NCBI GenBank assembly: GCA_051362555.1
Contig: CM120644.1
Span: 7,944,954 to 8,008,953 of the forward strand
Source: Lingula anatina
Lineage: Eukaryota; Animalia; Brachiopoda
Reading direction: 5' to 3'
Length of the DNA stretch: 64,000 nt
Part shown: piece after piece, positions 1 through 13,146 of the stretch
How positions within the stretch are numbered: position 1 is the stretch's first letter
Layout: every line of letters starts with the position of its first letter
The notes under the pieces: generated by a model
What the model was told of the DNA's origin: nothing
Database searches by the model: none
Seen by the model: only the letters and a program-made list of their open reading frames with translations
Position numbers and translations under genes: made by a program

Positions 1-318
1 TTTGCATATTAATAACTGCCTGTACATATACTTTTTCATCATTTCCACTTTTCAAAACTAACTTCCTTATAAACAACATAATGTCTGTATATATTTACAT
101 GCTTAGCTGCATATGCTTTCAGAAAAAAACAAATTACAGCTGTGTGATGCACTAAAACAAACTACAATGATAGTAATTTCTGTTTTGAATCAACAGCTAC
201 AGTTACAGCATAAAAATTGTTCATCTCCAATATTTCTGTATAAGACTGATTGTATCTAGAGCATCTTCAACAGGAAACAATGCTATTCATGTACTTATAT
301 TTTGTCCTCTCATTCAAG

Positions 319-3300
319 TCCAGCGTGTTATGCAGACATAAAGCCACCCACACATCTGCCAGGCCATACGTTTGTGCCACATGTAACAAAGCTTTCTCCA
401 GGGTCTCCACCCTGAACGCCCATAAGCTGATCCACTCGGGTCAAAAACAATTCAAGTGTGAACAGTGTGGCAAGCAGTTCCATCAGAAGGGTAACTTGAA
501 GAACCACATGTACACTCATACAGGTAAGAGTGGGGGATAAGTGGAACACCCTTTGTTTGTAGGACTGATCTAGACATGGTGCACCGGCTGCAGAAAAAAA
601 AAAGCAATCAGTCATGTATTTTGGCACTTTAAAAATGAAATGTAGTGAACTGTGAAGAATACTAACAGGGTTCTTGATAATTGTTACTGCAGACTTGACA
701 AAAGAAAAATGAACAATGCATTGTAATTTGTAGGCAAGATATACACATCATTTTTATTACAAATGACAGAATCCTTTGCTGTCTAGCTGCTGATCCTGCC
801 CACCATTACCATTCACCTGTCATCACCAGGTTTGAAGTGGCAGCTCTTGTTTCACATTATCATTGTGCCATTGATTTATTTCTCTAATTGTCTTTAAACA
901 TATGAAACACAACGGAATCCTTAAAAAATTCTGTTTTGCATTCAGTTTAGTTCTATAAAGATAAACTTTGGTATATAACCTTCATGTACATATATAGGAT
1001 ATGGTGTAATTTCTGTCACTGGTTTCAAGATGATTATAGGTATGTTTCTCAGTTAACAGGATGCAGATTTTTAATTTGTCAAGTTTGGCATTGAAATGAA
1101 AGCCTTAAGTCACATTTATAGAAAGAATATACATTTGTAAGTGAGATTATAAAAATGCTCTGGGGAGAGAGCCTCGGGGGTGGGGGTGGGGGTGGGGGGG
1201 TGGGGGAGGTTGTAGAAATGCTCTAATATTGGCCAGTTGGTGAGTGTTGAATCTGCATCCAGAGTTGGAGAGTGTCATAATTTGGTTCAAATTAATTGAT
1301 CTTAGCATTGTGAAGAAGTTGGTTTTAAAATTTTTAAAAATGAGTCACAAAGTTTACTTACTAAGTTTAGCCAATTGTATTACATTTTATAACCATTTTT
1401 ATTTAATTTATTTATTTTTCACAATATTTTGAACTTTGTTTTGTTCTTTCTTTGAGATGTTCAGCTGATACAATTTTTTAGGCTTTGAAGCCAGTAAGTT
1501 AACTCTTTTAAAATGCAGTTTAATTGCTTGACATGTTTAGTATATTACACTGGATTACAGTATCTGTTCTATTCACAAGTTTCAAATTCTTTTTCAACTT
1601 GACTTGGCCTATAAATTTTTTTACCAATTATTTGCAAGCACTTTTATTCATTAAAATGTTATGGACTTACTTGAAAGTTTTAAATTTAAATTTTGTCGAA
1701 TAGTTATATATTTCCTGTGTTTACTGTTTATTAAAATGTTTTCTAAAACTAAATGCATATATACCAGCATATGAAAGTAAACATTTTGGTTTGTCACAAG
1801 TTTCTGCTTGCCAAGGTAACAAACTTTAAAGTTACCATTAGACAACTAACATTCAATAGTGTTCAAGTTGGAAAAACACAGTGGACTCATGAAGATAATT
1901 TTACATACTGTAGTTGGATATCAGTGTTAAACAGTCTAGACTGAACCCAAAAAATCTAACACTGTTAATTAAATAGACTCTTGTGTAAATTTTGTAAGTG
2001 AAGCAATTAAAAAATAAGTATCCTGTATAAATAGAGTATTAAACGGTAAAATTTATTTCAGTTGCAATTAATTTGTGATTTTTGTTTTAGGTGAAAGACC
2101 ATTTGCCTGTCCCTTGTGCTCCAGAAGCTTCAACCAGCGCTCCAATCTCACCTATCACATTTCACAGTGCCATAGCAAGCGTAACTCCATCTACAATTGT
2201 CAGCTGTGTGGAGAGGGGTTCCGCACCAAGAGCAGTCTTATGACCCACGAGGCTGTTAAACACACCCAGCAGACCCTGAAGCCTGATATTCAGACTCTCA
2301 TCTTTGTTCCTACAACCCCTGCAACCAAGGGCCGGATAGGTCAGATGACATGCAAACTTGACGATGGCACAATGACTATTAATCACCAGGAATACCTCAG
2401 CCGAACAAAGAAAAGAGCAGAAAAAGCTAACGCTCAGGCTGGGGAAGAGGCAGGAGAGGCTGATATGGACATTTCTGCCAGCAGTTATCATGGAGAAATT
2501 GCTACTGAGATATTGAAACTGCTTAATAAGAACTCCAGTAATGTCCAGCCTCAAAATCAACAGGAAGTGGCGGAAACGGTGTCGTCTGCTGAAAAGGACA
2601 CATCAGAGGAAGACCCAGAAGATGTAACTGGTCAGGTTGAGGTTGATGGAGAGAAAAAGGAAGGGGAAGCCAGTAAGAGCTCTGTGTCATCAGACGTGAA
2701 AGTCTTCTCCTATAAAGGCGAAAAATTCAAAGTTTTGGCATCCATGGTTCCACCAGAGCAGAGTGTTGAACAGATCAGATCCCCCTCCAGAACAACCAAT
2801 CAAAATGCAGCACTGTTATCCAGTCATGAGTCCACATTATCTCCATTTTCCCAAACGTCAGTGACCACTGCCCAAATTTCACAGAATAATGCAGATGAGA
2901 GGGTGCAGAAATTACCTTCTGTTCCCATGATAAAACCAGTAGCTTTTGACCAAACAGGCACTGCCATAGTACAGCTGACGGTCAGTGAAGGGGATGCTCC
3001 GACATATGGCCGCATGCTCGCACTGGATAGAAATGCCACTGGAAAGGGATCTAGCTCAGGTGGCATGGCGTTCAGAATTGAGCCTCTTGTCCAAGAGGAA
3101 CTAACTCACATTCAACAGCTCCTGTCTTCAAAGCCAGTGCCAAGTTCCAAGCCAGTGACAGTTTCAAATATTGCACTTTCATCTTCTGCTTTGACCTCTG
3201 TAACAGTTCCATCAGTGGTGACAACAACAACAACCTCTCAAACAACAGTGCCAGTGCCATCTTTAACAGTAACATCACTAATGCAACCAACAGCAGCAAT

Positions 3301-6300
3301 GGGCACACTGCCAGCAGTTACTGTAACATCAACAGTAGCAGCACATCAAGCCTCAGGTGGAAGCACTGCACAGTCTCCTAACAAAACTTTACCATGCAAT
3401 ATCTCCACCTCTGTAAGAAATGAAACCCAGTCTACCCATTTGAATGATGGTAAGAAAAATGAATCTTTACCAGTAATAGCTAATCCACCAGGGGGCGCAG
3501 CTTCTCTTCTGCTGTCTATGGCGAATATTGCAGCTAAACAACAAGAGAAACAACCCAGTGTGCTGAAAGAATTGCTAGGAATAATGAGAAGCAGTGGGAC
3601 ACTCACTTCTGCTTCCCTAACACAATCTGTGGCAAGAACAACTAACACAGTGACTGAGGGAGCCAACAGGGTTAGCAAGAGCTCAACTAACACAGTGACT
3701 TCAAACACAGAGGATGCAGCAATTGTGTCCATGCCTAATCCACCTATTCTTAACCCTACTAGCTCAGAGAATGTGGGTTTCATTAGAACAGCAAAAAAGA
3801 CAGACGCAGTCATCAGTGCTGGAATACCTTCTAGCCTTCCCATTAGTACTTGGTGTGATCACAGCTCCTCCAACACAATCACTGCTGTCACATCTAACAC
3901 AATGAGTCGGCCACAAATTGCCACTGCTCCTCCTAAACAGTATGAGATCACTCATCATAAGCTGAAGTCTGGTGGTAAAGTTGAACGCATTCTCCTCAAG
4001 CATGGTGCCAGTTCTGCAGGATCTGGGATATCTGCACCTACGTCTGCTGGTGTGAGAATTGTAACTAGGGGGCAGCAGGGGTCTGTCTCTTTGGCCATGG
4101 CAGCCCAGATAGAAAAATTCAGGAAGATTGCCCCTAAACCTAAAACTGAGAATGAAATGGAGAAAATGGCCAGTCTACAGCAAAAACCAACCAACCAAAT
4201 GACAGTGGCAGGACAGCAACTGGCTTCTCTTAGTCAATCTCAGCTCACTCACCTGATGAATGCAGTGACCCCTGAAAGCACCTACCACCAGAATCAACCT
4301 GTCATGATGCCATCATCCCTACCAACTGGACAGGCTGGTTTGACCAGTGTGCAGAGCAATACTGGACAGACATTTCCAACTGGTCTCCTGATTAATACAC
4401 CCAATGGGCCCACCTTGATTCCACTGTCAGCCTCACAAGTCTTACCACTTGTGATGCAGAGTGGGCTTCCCCCTGGCGTTCCTCTTCTAGGTCAAGGTGA
4501 AGGCCAAATTGGCATTACTCAGCAAGAAAAGGAGCAGCTATTGTTATCAGATTCTGGGAGCTCTGTTGATAATATCATGATGACACCACCAGGTAAGTTG
4601 AATGGCATTCTTATTCAATGAAAAATGTTCCTAACAGAATTATTTAAACTGGGAAAAATGTAATTATCCATGCCCAGTCTCCGAGAAAGATGTTCTTTTG
4701 TAGATTTTTTCAAAAATTTATTTGTTTTTTAACACAAAAATGGCTGATATCAGAGTATGGATGATTCTGCCATCCTCCAGATTTGATTTAGAAAAATAAA
4801 AAAGAATACAAACATTAACTGAACTGAGTAAAATATTTAATTGCTGAATAGAATTTTGTGTGCACGTACCTCATCCTAATGAACTGGGGCGACAAAATTA
4901 ATGTTTCACAGAAGTTTTAACATGTCTGCAAGTCCCCTATCAATTCAGTCCTGAAACTTTTAAATTAATGCTCTGTTTTTACAGTCTCGTCAGATGACAG
5001 CCAAACTCAGTCAGGTAGCAGCAATGTAACTGGTTACAACAAGATCAAAGAGGTGCTGAATGTGGCTGATACCACAGGTGGTGGCTCCTCTGCTGGGCAG
5101 GATGCTGATGGAGTACCAAAGGTATGGGCAGTCTTTCTTTCTGTCTGTCTGTCCCTTAGTCTGTGTGGGTGGGTGGCTGAGTGGATGTGTACATGCTTGT
5201 ACTTGTGTGTCTTAGCTCATGGGAGAAGGCATGAATAATACACTTGTGACAAGTTGTTTGTATGGTTTTATTCATTTGGATGCTTTTCTGAGTGTGTGTT
5301 TGTGTGTGTTCAAATGTGTGGCAGCTCTTGATTTAAAACTGGTTCCTTAAATATTTCCATCTGTGCCTTAAATTGATTAAATTTGATGACACTATGTATA
5401 GGTTAGCAATCCTGTTTTATTTTCATTAACTATTTAAATCTTTTACTGGGCTTACAAATTTGTGTAGTTAACAGTGTTTTATCTCTATCTCAAAGCCTTT
5501 GGCTGGTCTACTGAGAGTACAGGTGAACTATTCCCTGTCCTGCTGCCTTATCTGTGTTGAAGACATGGGGTAGGGTGAACAGTTATCTTCCGTGCAGATT
5601 ATGCAACGGGACGTAGAATAGTTCACCTGTGCTCTCAGTTGGCCAACAGAATGCCCCCTCCCACCAAATCTATAGCCCTGTGAACTCTGTCACCTGTAGG
5701 CAAGTTGTTATCACCATGAAAAGAGCAGGTGAGGTTATCTGTCACCATTCCACTATTGGAGGCAAAATTTATTATGAATTAATTGATTTTTAAAAACTTT
5801 TTGTCATTATTTTGGTGTCTGGAGGAAATGTCTTTTAAATGAGCAAAGTCACTGTATAAATGGGTGACATAATCTTAAATTACTTTGTCTAGTAAATAGT
5901 TTGAAAAGTACCTCAAACATAGCCATTAAAAAAGTATTATACCATTGTTTCCACCCGTGTGTTTTTGCATATAACCTATTTATTACCTGAATTAAGTCAT
6001 TGTTTCCATCCCTAGATCTATCTAACAGGATCGGTTCATCTCCACGAGGTCCCTAGCTAAATTGCTTTCAGCCCAAGTCGCATAGACATCTGGGACACCC
6101 ACTAAAGCTGCTAAAGGATAGTAAATTACCTCTATCAGCCTCAGCGGGAGTGACAGACATCAAAGCTGCCCAAGTTAATTGTAATTAAAAGAGAATCCCC
6201 TCAGAGATGGTTTGATCCAAAGTTAGTTCGCTAGTCTCTGGGAATGGTCTCATAGATTAAGCCACCTCCTCTTGTTTCCAAAATATATAATCACTACCCC

Positions 6301-9048
6301 TTTTTGTATTCTACTCAAAGTCGGGGAATTAGCCCTGTGTGTACAGTATTTTTTAAGTACCACTAATGTAAAGAAAGACTGTTTGTGTGTAAACTAAGTT
6401 CATGTACTGTATACATAAAGAGTTGATTTCTTTTTGTTTACACAGGATGTGAGATTATGCGAAAGGCAGTAAGTTTTATGCCAAGGCATTGACACCCCTG
6501 TCTGAGCTTATCTTTAAGATAGGTTTGAACTGGCAAGTTGTGTGCCTGTTAGGCTGAATTACGATATACACTTAACACTTGGTCAAAGTCACTGGGAAGA
6601 CTTTGTCAGTGAGAAGATGGGGTTTATAGTTTCAGTACCACTGTTCCTAGCCATGAGCTTGTTACTAGGGCTCTCTGGCTATAGTGCTGGAGAGAAAATC
6701 CTGTTATTTCCTTTTACTCAATTCTTTAACTCTAGAACTATGAATGTAGAGAAGATAGCTGTCCTGTTACGGGATCATGGTCACTCTGTCAGCATGCTGG
6801 TTGGGGATCGTTACAAGCCTAGGATGAACATTTCTGGAATAGAGTTGATTGCATACAAGATGCCAGAGTCTTGGGTCAACAAAGGAGGAAACTTAGACTT
6901 AAATGCTACCATGAATTACATTGGAAAGGATCCACTGCCGGTTATTTTAGAAACTGAACAGCTGGACTACAGATTGGTTGAACATTTGTTTAGTGACAAG
7001 GAAATGGTGCAAAGTTTAAGAAGTGCAGGATTTTCTCTGTTCTTCTTTGACTTTGTCAATGTTGCTATTGGTTATTTTTTAAATGAATATCTAAACATTC
7101 CCAGTATAGCATACAACAACTTCGGATTTTTTGAAAGTTGGTTTTTCTTCCACCAACCTACGTTTCCCTCCTATATGCCATATACATTTGCAGATTTGTC
7201 GGACAAAATGACATTCTGGGAACGGCTTCAAAATACAGACATTTTGATGGAATATGAACAGTGGACTAATAATAAGATTGAGCACATGGACAAGATGAGG
7301 CAGAAATATCTTCCCAATGTAAACTGGCCATCTTCGAGACATGCTTACCAACGAGTGTCTCTCATCATTTCAGCAAATGTCAATTTTGCCTTTGATTACC
7401 CCAGACCAGTCATGCCCCATGTCAAACCCATCTCTGGACTCCTCTGGACGCCACCCAAACCTCTCCCCAAGTTTTATAATGACTTAATGGCATCTGCAAC
7501 CCATGGAGTTATTTTGATGAGTTTTGGGACCTTGGTTCCTACCTTGCCAGAAGACAAGGCTGAAGTTTTTGCCAAAGTATTTGCAAAGCTTCCACAGAAG
7601 GTGATTTGGCGCTACCAAGGCATTGCCCCAAAGTCTCTTGGAAGTAACACCCACCTCGTAGAGTGGTTTCCTCAGAACGATCTTCTTGCCCACCCTGCCA
7701 CGAAATTGTTCATCACTCACTGTGGAGTGAGCAGCACGTGGGAGACGCTGTACCATGCTGTACCTGTGGTGGCAATTCCGCTGCTTTGGGATCAACAACA
7801 CCAAGCTAGAAAGTTGAAGGAACGCGCCAAAATTGGTGAAATTGTGGGGTTTAGTTCATTTTCTGAGGCAACATTAGAGAATGCCATAAACAAAGTTCTT
7901 AATGACGGGTCTTACAAGGAAAATGCAATACGGATGTCCAAACTTATGCAAGACACACCTATGTCTGGACAAGACGAATTGTTGTTTTGGGTTAACTATG
8001 TTATTCGGCACAATGGAACACTTCATTTTCACTCCCAAGCTGCTTACCGCCTGAACTGGTACCAGTACTTTTTGATAGATGTTATTGCCTATAAAATAGT
8101 AGTGAACTGTGTATTTTATCTTCTTTATCTTTTCCTGGGGATTTCATTAGTGAAAATGCTGAAATTTATGTTCTTCTCCAAAGGGAAGAAAACTAAAACA
8201 CAATGACAATTAAGATTCAATTTTTTGTCAACATCGCCAGTATGAAATATCCCAGAAGTAAAGTTTCAAAAATGAGATGGGTCAATAAAATATTTTAAAA
8301 AATTGGATTCCAACTTTTTGATTCTTCATAAGAGTGTATATGTGTATTTCGTGTGGATTATAACTGCAACTAGTACTAAGGCATTTTACTGTGACATGGT
8401 AAAACAAACGACAATTTGTACAGCTAATTAAGTTTTCATTTTATGATTTTTTCAGATTATTTCTCTTATTGGATATTGTTGTCCCTTTTATCTCATCGGT
8501 TACTCGTATCCAGAAACAGAAATTGAAAAAAAAAATAATTGTAGCAATAATAATAATAAATCGCTTTATTACAGCTGGACAGCTCCAATATCAACAACCT
8601 GTTACATTTCCTGCGCCTGTTAGATACGGACACCCCTTCTGTGCCGGCGCCTGATAGTTCAATCTCCTCAACAGTAGGTGGAGCCACTGTATCATCCCAA
8701 TCTATTACAAATAACACGGGGCCATCAACACACAGGAGCACGACACAACAGTCGCCGAAAAAAGACTCATTGCTGGTCCACTATTTGACACATCTCCCTA
8801 GCGGTGAGTTGTGTATGTTGGCCACGAAGACTTGGGTGTTCCAGTTTATTAATTCATTTTATTTTATTTTATTTCTTTTATTTTATTTTATTTTATTTTA
8901 TTTTATTTTTGAGGAGGAGGGGTAGGGGGCTTTAGATAAACTTCTTTGGTAACGTAAACATTATTGTTATTGAAACGTTCATAATAGATGTTTAATAAAG
9001 GGGAAAATGAGTGAAGGGAAAATGTACTCAACCTTAACACCACACTCA

Positions 9049-9088
<40 letters not shown>

Positions 9089-9421
9089 TAAAATAATAAT
9101 AGAAAGAATGAATGAATGAAGAGAAAGATAAATTAAGGATTTTTAAGGAAAGTCTCGGTCAAAGCACCTGGAATTTGTGTACTTTCAGGTCGTATTAAAG
9201 GTAGCAACAGCGACCACCAGCATGGCGATCCCTTATTACAAGGCGTTAGTCACGTTCCTAGTCACGTGCCAAGGTCAACGGGTTATGGAACAGAAGACGA
9301 ATCATCAGAGAGTTTGATACCCCGAAGTTTGATATCCGAATCTCCTGAAGACAGTAGTAAAAGTGAAGACTTTCAAACTGTACTTGAGAAGATGTTTTCT
9401 ATTTTGAACTCTCAAGAGTAA
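319..9421 (+). CDS. C2H2 zinc-finger protein with Fez/Fezf-like fingers and a long low-complexity C-terminus; 5' end lies outside the window
   Basis: Exons 319-523, 2091-4592, 4985-5121, 8575-8803, 9189-9421 (TAA 9419-9421). All introns GT-AG with matching phases 1,1,0,1. The first junction rebuilds the HTG|ERPF linker. One partial plus four complete C2H2 fingers, then an S/T/Q/P-rich region. The two last exons are supported by phase and open frame only. Confidence 0.85.
1176..1209 (+). repeat. (GGGGGT)n G-rich tract, potential G-quadruplex, intronic
   Basis: Five runs of at least 5 G separated by single T, flanked by the short direct repeat aaatgctct. Confidence 0.6.
5510..5639. mobile_element. 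Small MITE-like inverted-repeat element
   Basis: actgagagtacaggtgaactattc (5510-5533) and gaatagttcacctgtgctctcagt (5616-5639) form a 24-bp inverted repeat with one mismatch. Confidence 0.55.
6004..6251. mobile_element. Degenerate copy of a ~220-250 bp palindromic MITE family (other copies at 43866, 45217, ~47040, 54990)
   Basis: Shares gatctatct...ctaaattgct...gtgacagacat...gatccaaag...tctctgggaatgg with the other copies. Confidence 0.55.
6446..6468 (+). other. Candidate 23-nt microexon upstream of the UGT ORF
   Basis: Strong acceptor ttctttttgtttacacag| at 6445 and donor CA|gtaagt at 6469. Reads DVRLCER+CA in phase 0. Confidence 0.5.
6617..8206 (+). CDS. UDP-glycosyltransferase (GT1, UGT1/2-like ER membrane enzyme), intronless CDS, 529 aa, nested in the zinc-finger gene intron
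   Basis: Signal peptide [28 protein letters not shown] signature [55 protein letters not shown] followed by a TM helix, KKTKTQ dilysine ER-retrieval tail, AATAAA at 8284-8289. ATG 6617 preferred over the GTG at 6542. Confidence 0.95.
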   Translation: MGFIVSVPLFLAMSLLLGLSGYSAGEKILLFPFTQFFNSRTMNVEKIAVLLRDHGHSVSMLVGDRYKPRMNISGIELIAYKMPESWVNKGGNLDLNATMNYIGKDPLPVILETEQLDYRLVEHLFSDKEMVQSLRSAGFSLFFFDFVNVAIGYFLNEYLNIPSIAYNNFGFFESWFFFHQPTFPSYMPYTFADLSDKMTFWERLQNTDILMEYEQWTNNKIEHMDKMRQKYLPNVNWPSSRHAYQRVSLIISANVNFAFDYPRPVMPHVKPISGLLWTPPKPLPKFYNDLMASATHGVILMSFGTLVPTLPEDKAEVFAKVFAKLPQKVIWRYQGIAPKSLGSNTHLVEWFPQNDLLAHPATKLFITHCGVSSTWETLYHAVPVVAIPLLWDQQHQARKLKERAKIGEIVGFSSFSEATLENAINKVLNDGSYKENAIRMSKLMQDTPMSGQDELLFWVNYVIRHNGTLHFHSQAAYRLNWYQYFLIDVIAYKIVVNCVFYLLYLFLGISLVKMLKFMFFSKGKKTKTQ

Positions 9422-9548
9422 AGAAGTGGTTAAGTCTGTAAAAATAACTTATAATATTAGTGGATTGTCTATATTTTGTAAATAATGCATAGTGTAAATT
9501 GCATGCTGTCTTTTATTATGCTTTTGTAACATATAATATAAGACCAGT

Positions 9549-9583
<35 letters not shown>

Positions 9584-10126
9584 TGTAGATTTAAATGCTG
9601 AGATTTTTACCACAAACTTCCTTTTTGCAAAACTGCTGGTTAATCTCCTGTTACTCATTAGTCAATTGCAAATCTTCATTCGAGAAAATTGCTCTTTTTG
9701 AACTGTGATTTGCAAATAGACGCATATGATAATTTGTTGAGGCCATTATGATGCTTGTGAAGGAGGTGTCATTTGTGGCGGTTTGTTGGCCATCGATGAA
9801 GTAGGGTCTGTATTGTGTCATTCCATTAAAATGTCACATGAGAAAATCACACATTTGTAGTTTTGGTATGAAGGCTTTGTATCACAATCGCCGTTGATTT
9901 CTGTCAAAGTTGAAGTGCATTTTGGTATAATGCAGACAAAATTATTGGGCACGTCAGAATTATGCAAATGTTACATGAAATGTGCCAAACTGACGGGTCT
10001 CAAATGTTCAATTCTTTTTTAATGAGGCTAAATACTAAGATATTAGTGTGTACTGTTCACCTGGATGGAATAAAAAAAAGTCTGAGTGACTGGTCTCTTT
10101 GGTAACTGTAATCACTTTGTATGAGA

Positions 10127-13099
10127 CTAAGTCTCAGTAATGTAGTCTAAATTATTCATTAGTTCATAATAAACGTAATTGCCTCCAAGATCCGCAATGG
10201 CATATGTTCCGTTAAACTTCGTGTGGTACGATGTGATCTCACAGACGCTGGATTGGCGCGCAAAGTTGAAAGAGAGGCAGTTAATCTCTCTGTTGCAGAA
10301 TTCAGTGCAGCGCAGCAGTGAGGAGGTCGTTTTAGTGGACAAAGCGAGGAACCCGGGCAATCCACGCCCCGGTGCCACTGGACTCTTAAAGTACTGCGCT
10401 GATTTTTCTGGAAAGAAAAAAAGACGTAGGTACTCATCAGGCGTTGTCTGAGAAACATGTTCGAGAAGTGTGTTGTCACAGCGTTCAAAGTACATTATAT
10501 GTGACGAAACGTATTTTGGATTTAGAGGCGTGATAGGAAAATTGCCAAATCCATGGGGAATTTGTCTGAAATTGAGCTTTTTCATTTCAAAGAAAAGCGT
10601 ACCCTTTGAACCGCAAATATTCATGGATTTCTTGACTTCAGTACTATTAAGTGCCCTGTCGTAAAGCTGCATGCATTTCAGCCTCCCTGTGAAAGAGCGG
10701 GAATCCCCGGCAGTTTTTCCCATACGTAGCGCTCCCATTGTGCTGTGCTCTACTGATCCAAAATACGAACTGGCGACCTGTGAAACAAGAAGACGCGTTT
10801 ATGCCACATTTCTACAATCATTAAAGTAATAAGGCCAGTAAAATTGTTGTCTGAATACTAACAGCTTCAAAAGACTTCGCAGAAATAAATACCTCCATAC
10901 AAACTCGATATAAAAATAACCTTTCTAAACATGTAAAGATGAAAGTTATGCATATCAACAATTTTATGTTCATGGAATCTGTTTGGGCCCTTGTATTTTA
11001 AAACTACCAGATGGAAGCTCGCTTTCTATAATAGACTAGTATCCCATGCAATAACAGCTTGATCAGTCGTGGGTCATAAAGACGTTGCCATAATTACAAA
11101 TTGTGATAAAAATTGTATCCTTTTTTGCGATAAGATCATTGAACAATTTCTCCATATAAATTACTATAGGGTGTATGAACAGTGTGTTTATCCTATTCAT
11201 ACATATAGCATAACCGCAAAACATAACTGTTGCAGCAAGACACAATCTTGTCACAGCTAACACAATCACAAAGCATCTTTTACCTCGTAACCATTCTTAT
11301 AGATCACGGCCATTCCTGAACCAAAACTGTACGTCCATCCTATATATGTCCAAGTATCCACTTCCAGAACACCACTGGCGTTATACCATGGTCCCAAGGT
11401 ACCATCCCTGTACCCAAGTCTCACCAGAATATCGGTGTTGCCAATCTGCATAACGTGGGTCCCAAACCCGCCTAAAACAATTTCCATTGAATAAATGGTC
11501 ATGGGTAGTAAATGTCGGATTGTTGGAAAGATGAGAAAGAAGTTACAAAGATTGAGAATACCATTCACATACATACAATGGAAGGCATAATCAAACAATT
11601 TTAATGGTCAGGTGTCCGGTCATTTTGATGTCAGCCAAAAAATTACTTCAGTGCAAAAATGTAATAAAAAGGTCGTTCAACCAATTTAGGCAATAGGCAT
11701 TACTTCACAAATGGAATTACAAGTATATAAGTGCATAACAAAGCAACCAGAGATTTATTCTTACCAGAGGAGGCATTTTCATGTTCGAAGTTGAAGATCG
11801 GTCCTTCTGTAGATGACGAGAAGCTGTATACATAGCCAAGGAATGTGAAAGAATAACGGACATCCAACGATCCATTATTTGAAACTTCTATGTAAGAATC
11901 TGTTGGGAACCCAACACTCCCATCGTCTTCTTCTTTGAGACCTGAATGGAATTTAGGTACAAAAATATACAGTATAAAAATTTTTAATATATATCTATAT
12001 ATAAAATATTTCTTATGATAGTCACACAAATCCAAATGCATGTAAAACAGGTTATCAGAGGTAGTGTGTTGTTGGTAGGCCTACACAGTGGCTAAATCTA
12101 CCTGTTTTGCATTTTCTCTCCACTTCTGAATTCAAGATTAGTTTTTGTATGTATTAGGCTATGGGATTCTACTTGGCCATTATTTGGTTTCAAGGAAAGA
12201 TAATACTTTAAAATGTCACGTAGATCATCAAAGCTGGAATCACCTTTGGCGGGGGTAACACCGTATTTCATGATGTTGTTTCCATTACCGCTCAAATCGA
12301 GCTCGTGGTATCGCGTCTCAAGAGGCCAAAACGCAACTGGGTTCGGAAATCCTAAAAAAGAAAAACAAAAAAAGCTCAGCTACTGACCCTTTAACTATTT
12401 TTGAAATCCCCATGTGAATAACGAATAATAACCTATTATCCGTAATGTTCTTGCACGTCTTGTTTACTCGATTTCGTGTCCTAGTGTTATTGAAGGCAGC
12501 TGCAATTTAAATACCGTATCATAGTCCCAATAATAAACCCGCGTCCTTTGATTTTTTTTTTTAATCAATAATATTATCATTATTTTTTCGACATTGCTTT
12601 TTATATAAATAACAAGAGAAGTATTTTTATATTATATCACATCTTCATCCATTTCTTCATTTGCGGCTGGGTAAGTGGAGTTACTAGGTACAATTTGGAC
12701 ATGTCATGTCATGTCATGTCATGTACGTCATGCGGGACAGGAGCACTCAGATTAATGAAAATGTGATTGAAAGCAACGATCTTTTATTGTATATATTACC
12801 TTGCAGTAGCTGGCACAGTTGTCTTCCGGTGATTATTTGGCTTTTAGAAAGCGCCACATCGTAGAGCTGTAAACAGGACATACGTCCAATAAATCTGTGC
12901 GAAGCACTCGTGCCAGTACCAATAAGGAGGTCATACTGAGTACCGAGGTCCCACTGCCCGAAATCTGCGCTAAATTTCACCTCGCCGTCCATCCACAACG
13001 TGCCGATACCTGACAAAATACCATATATCCATATATCATTACAATAAAGCATTTTGATTGAATAATAATTATAATTAAAATCAAACTATCACGATCAAA

Positions 13100-13146
<47 letters not shown>

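Noticed and set aside
2162-4194. Several minus-strand ORFs of 78-165 aa
   Set aside because: Antisense shadows of the large zinc-finger exon with no recognisable motifs.
6542-6616. GTG-initiated 25-aa N-terminal extension of the UGT from the ORF track
   Set aside because: ATG 6617 directly precedes a typical signal peptide; the upstream stretch is probably intron or UTR.
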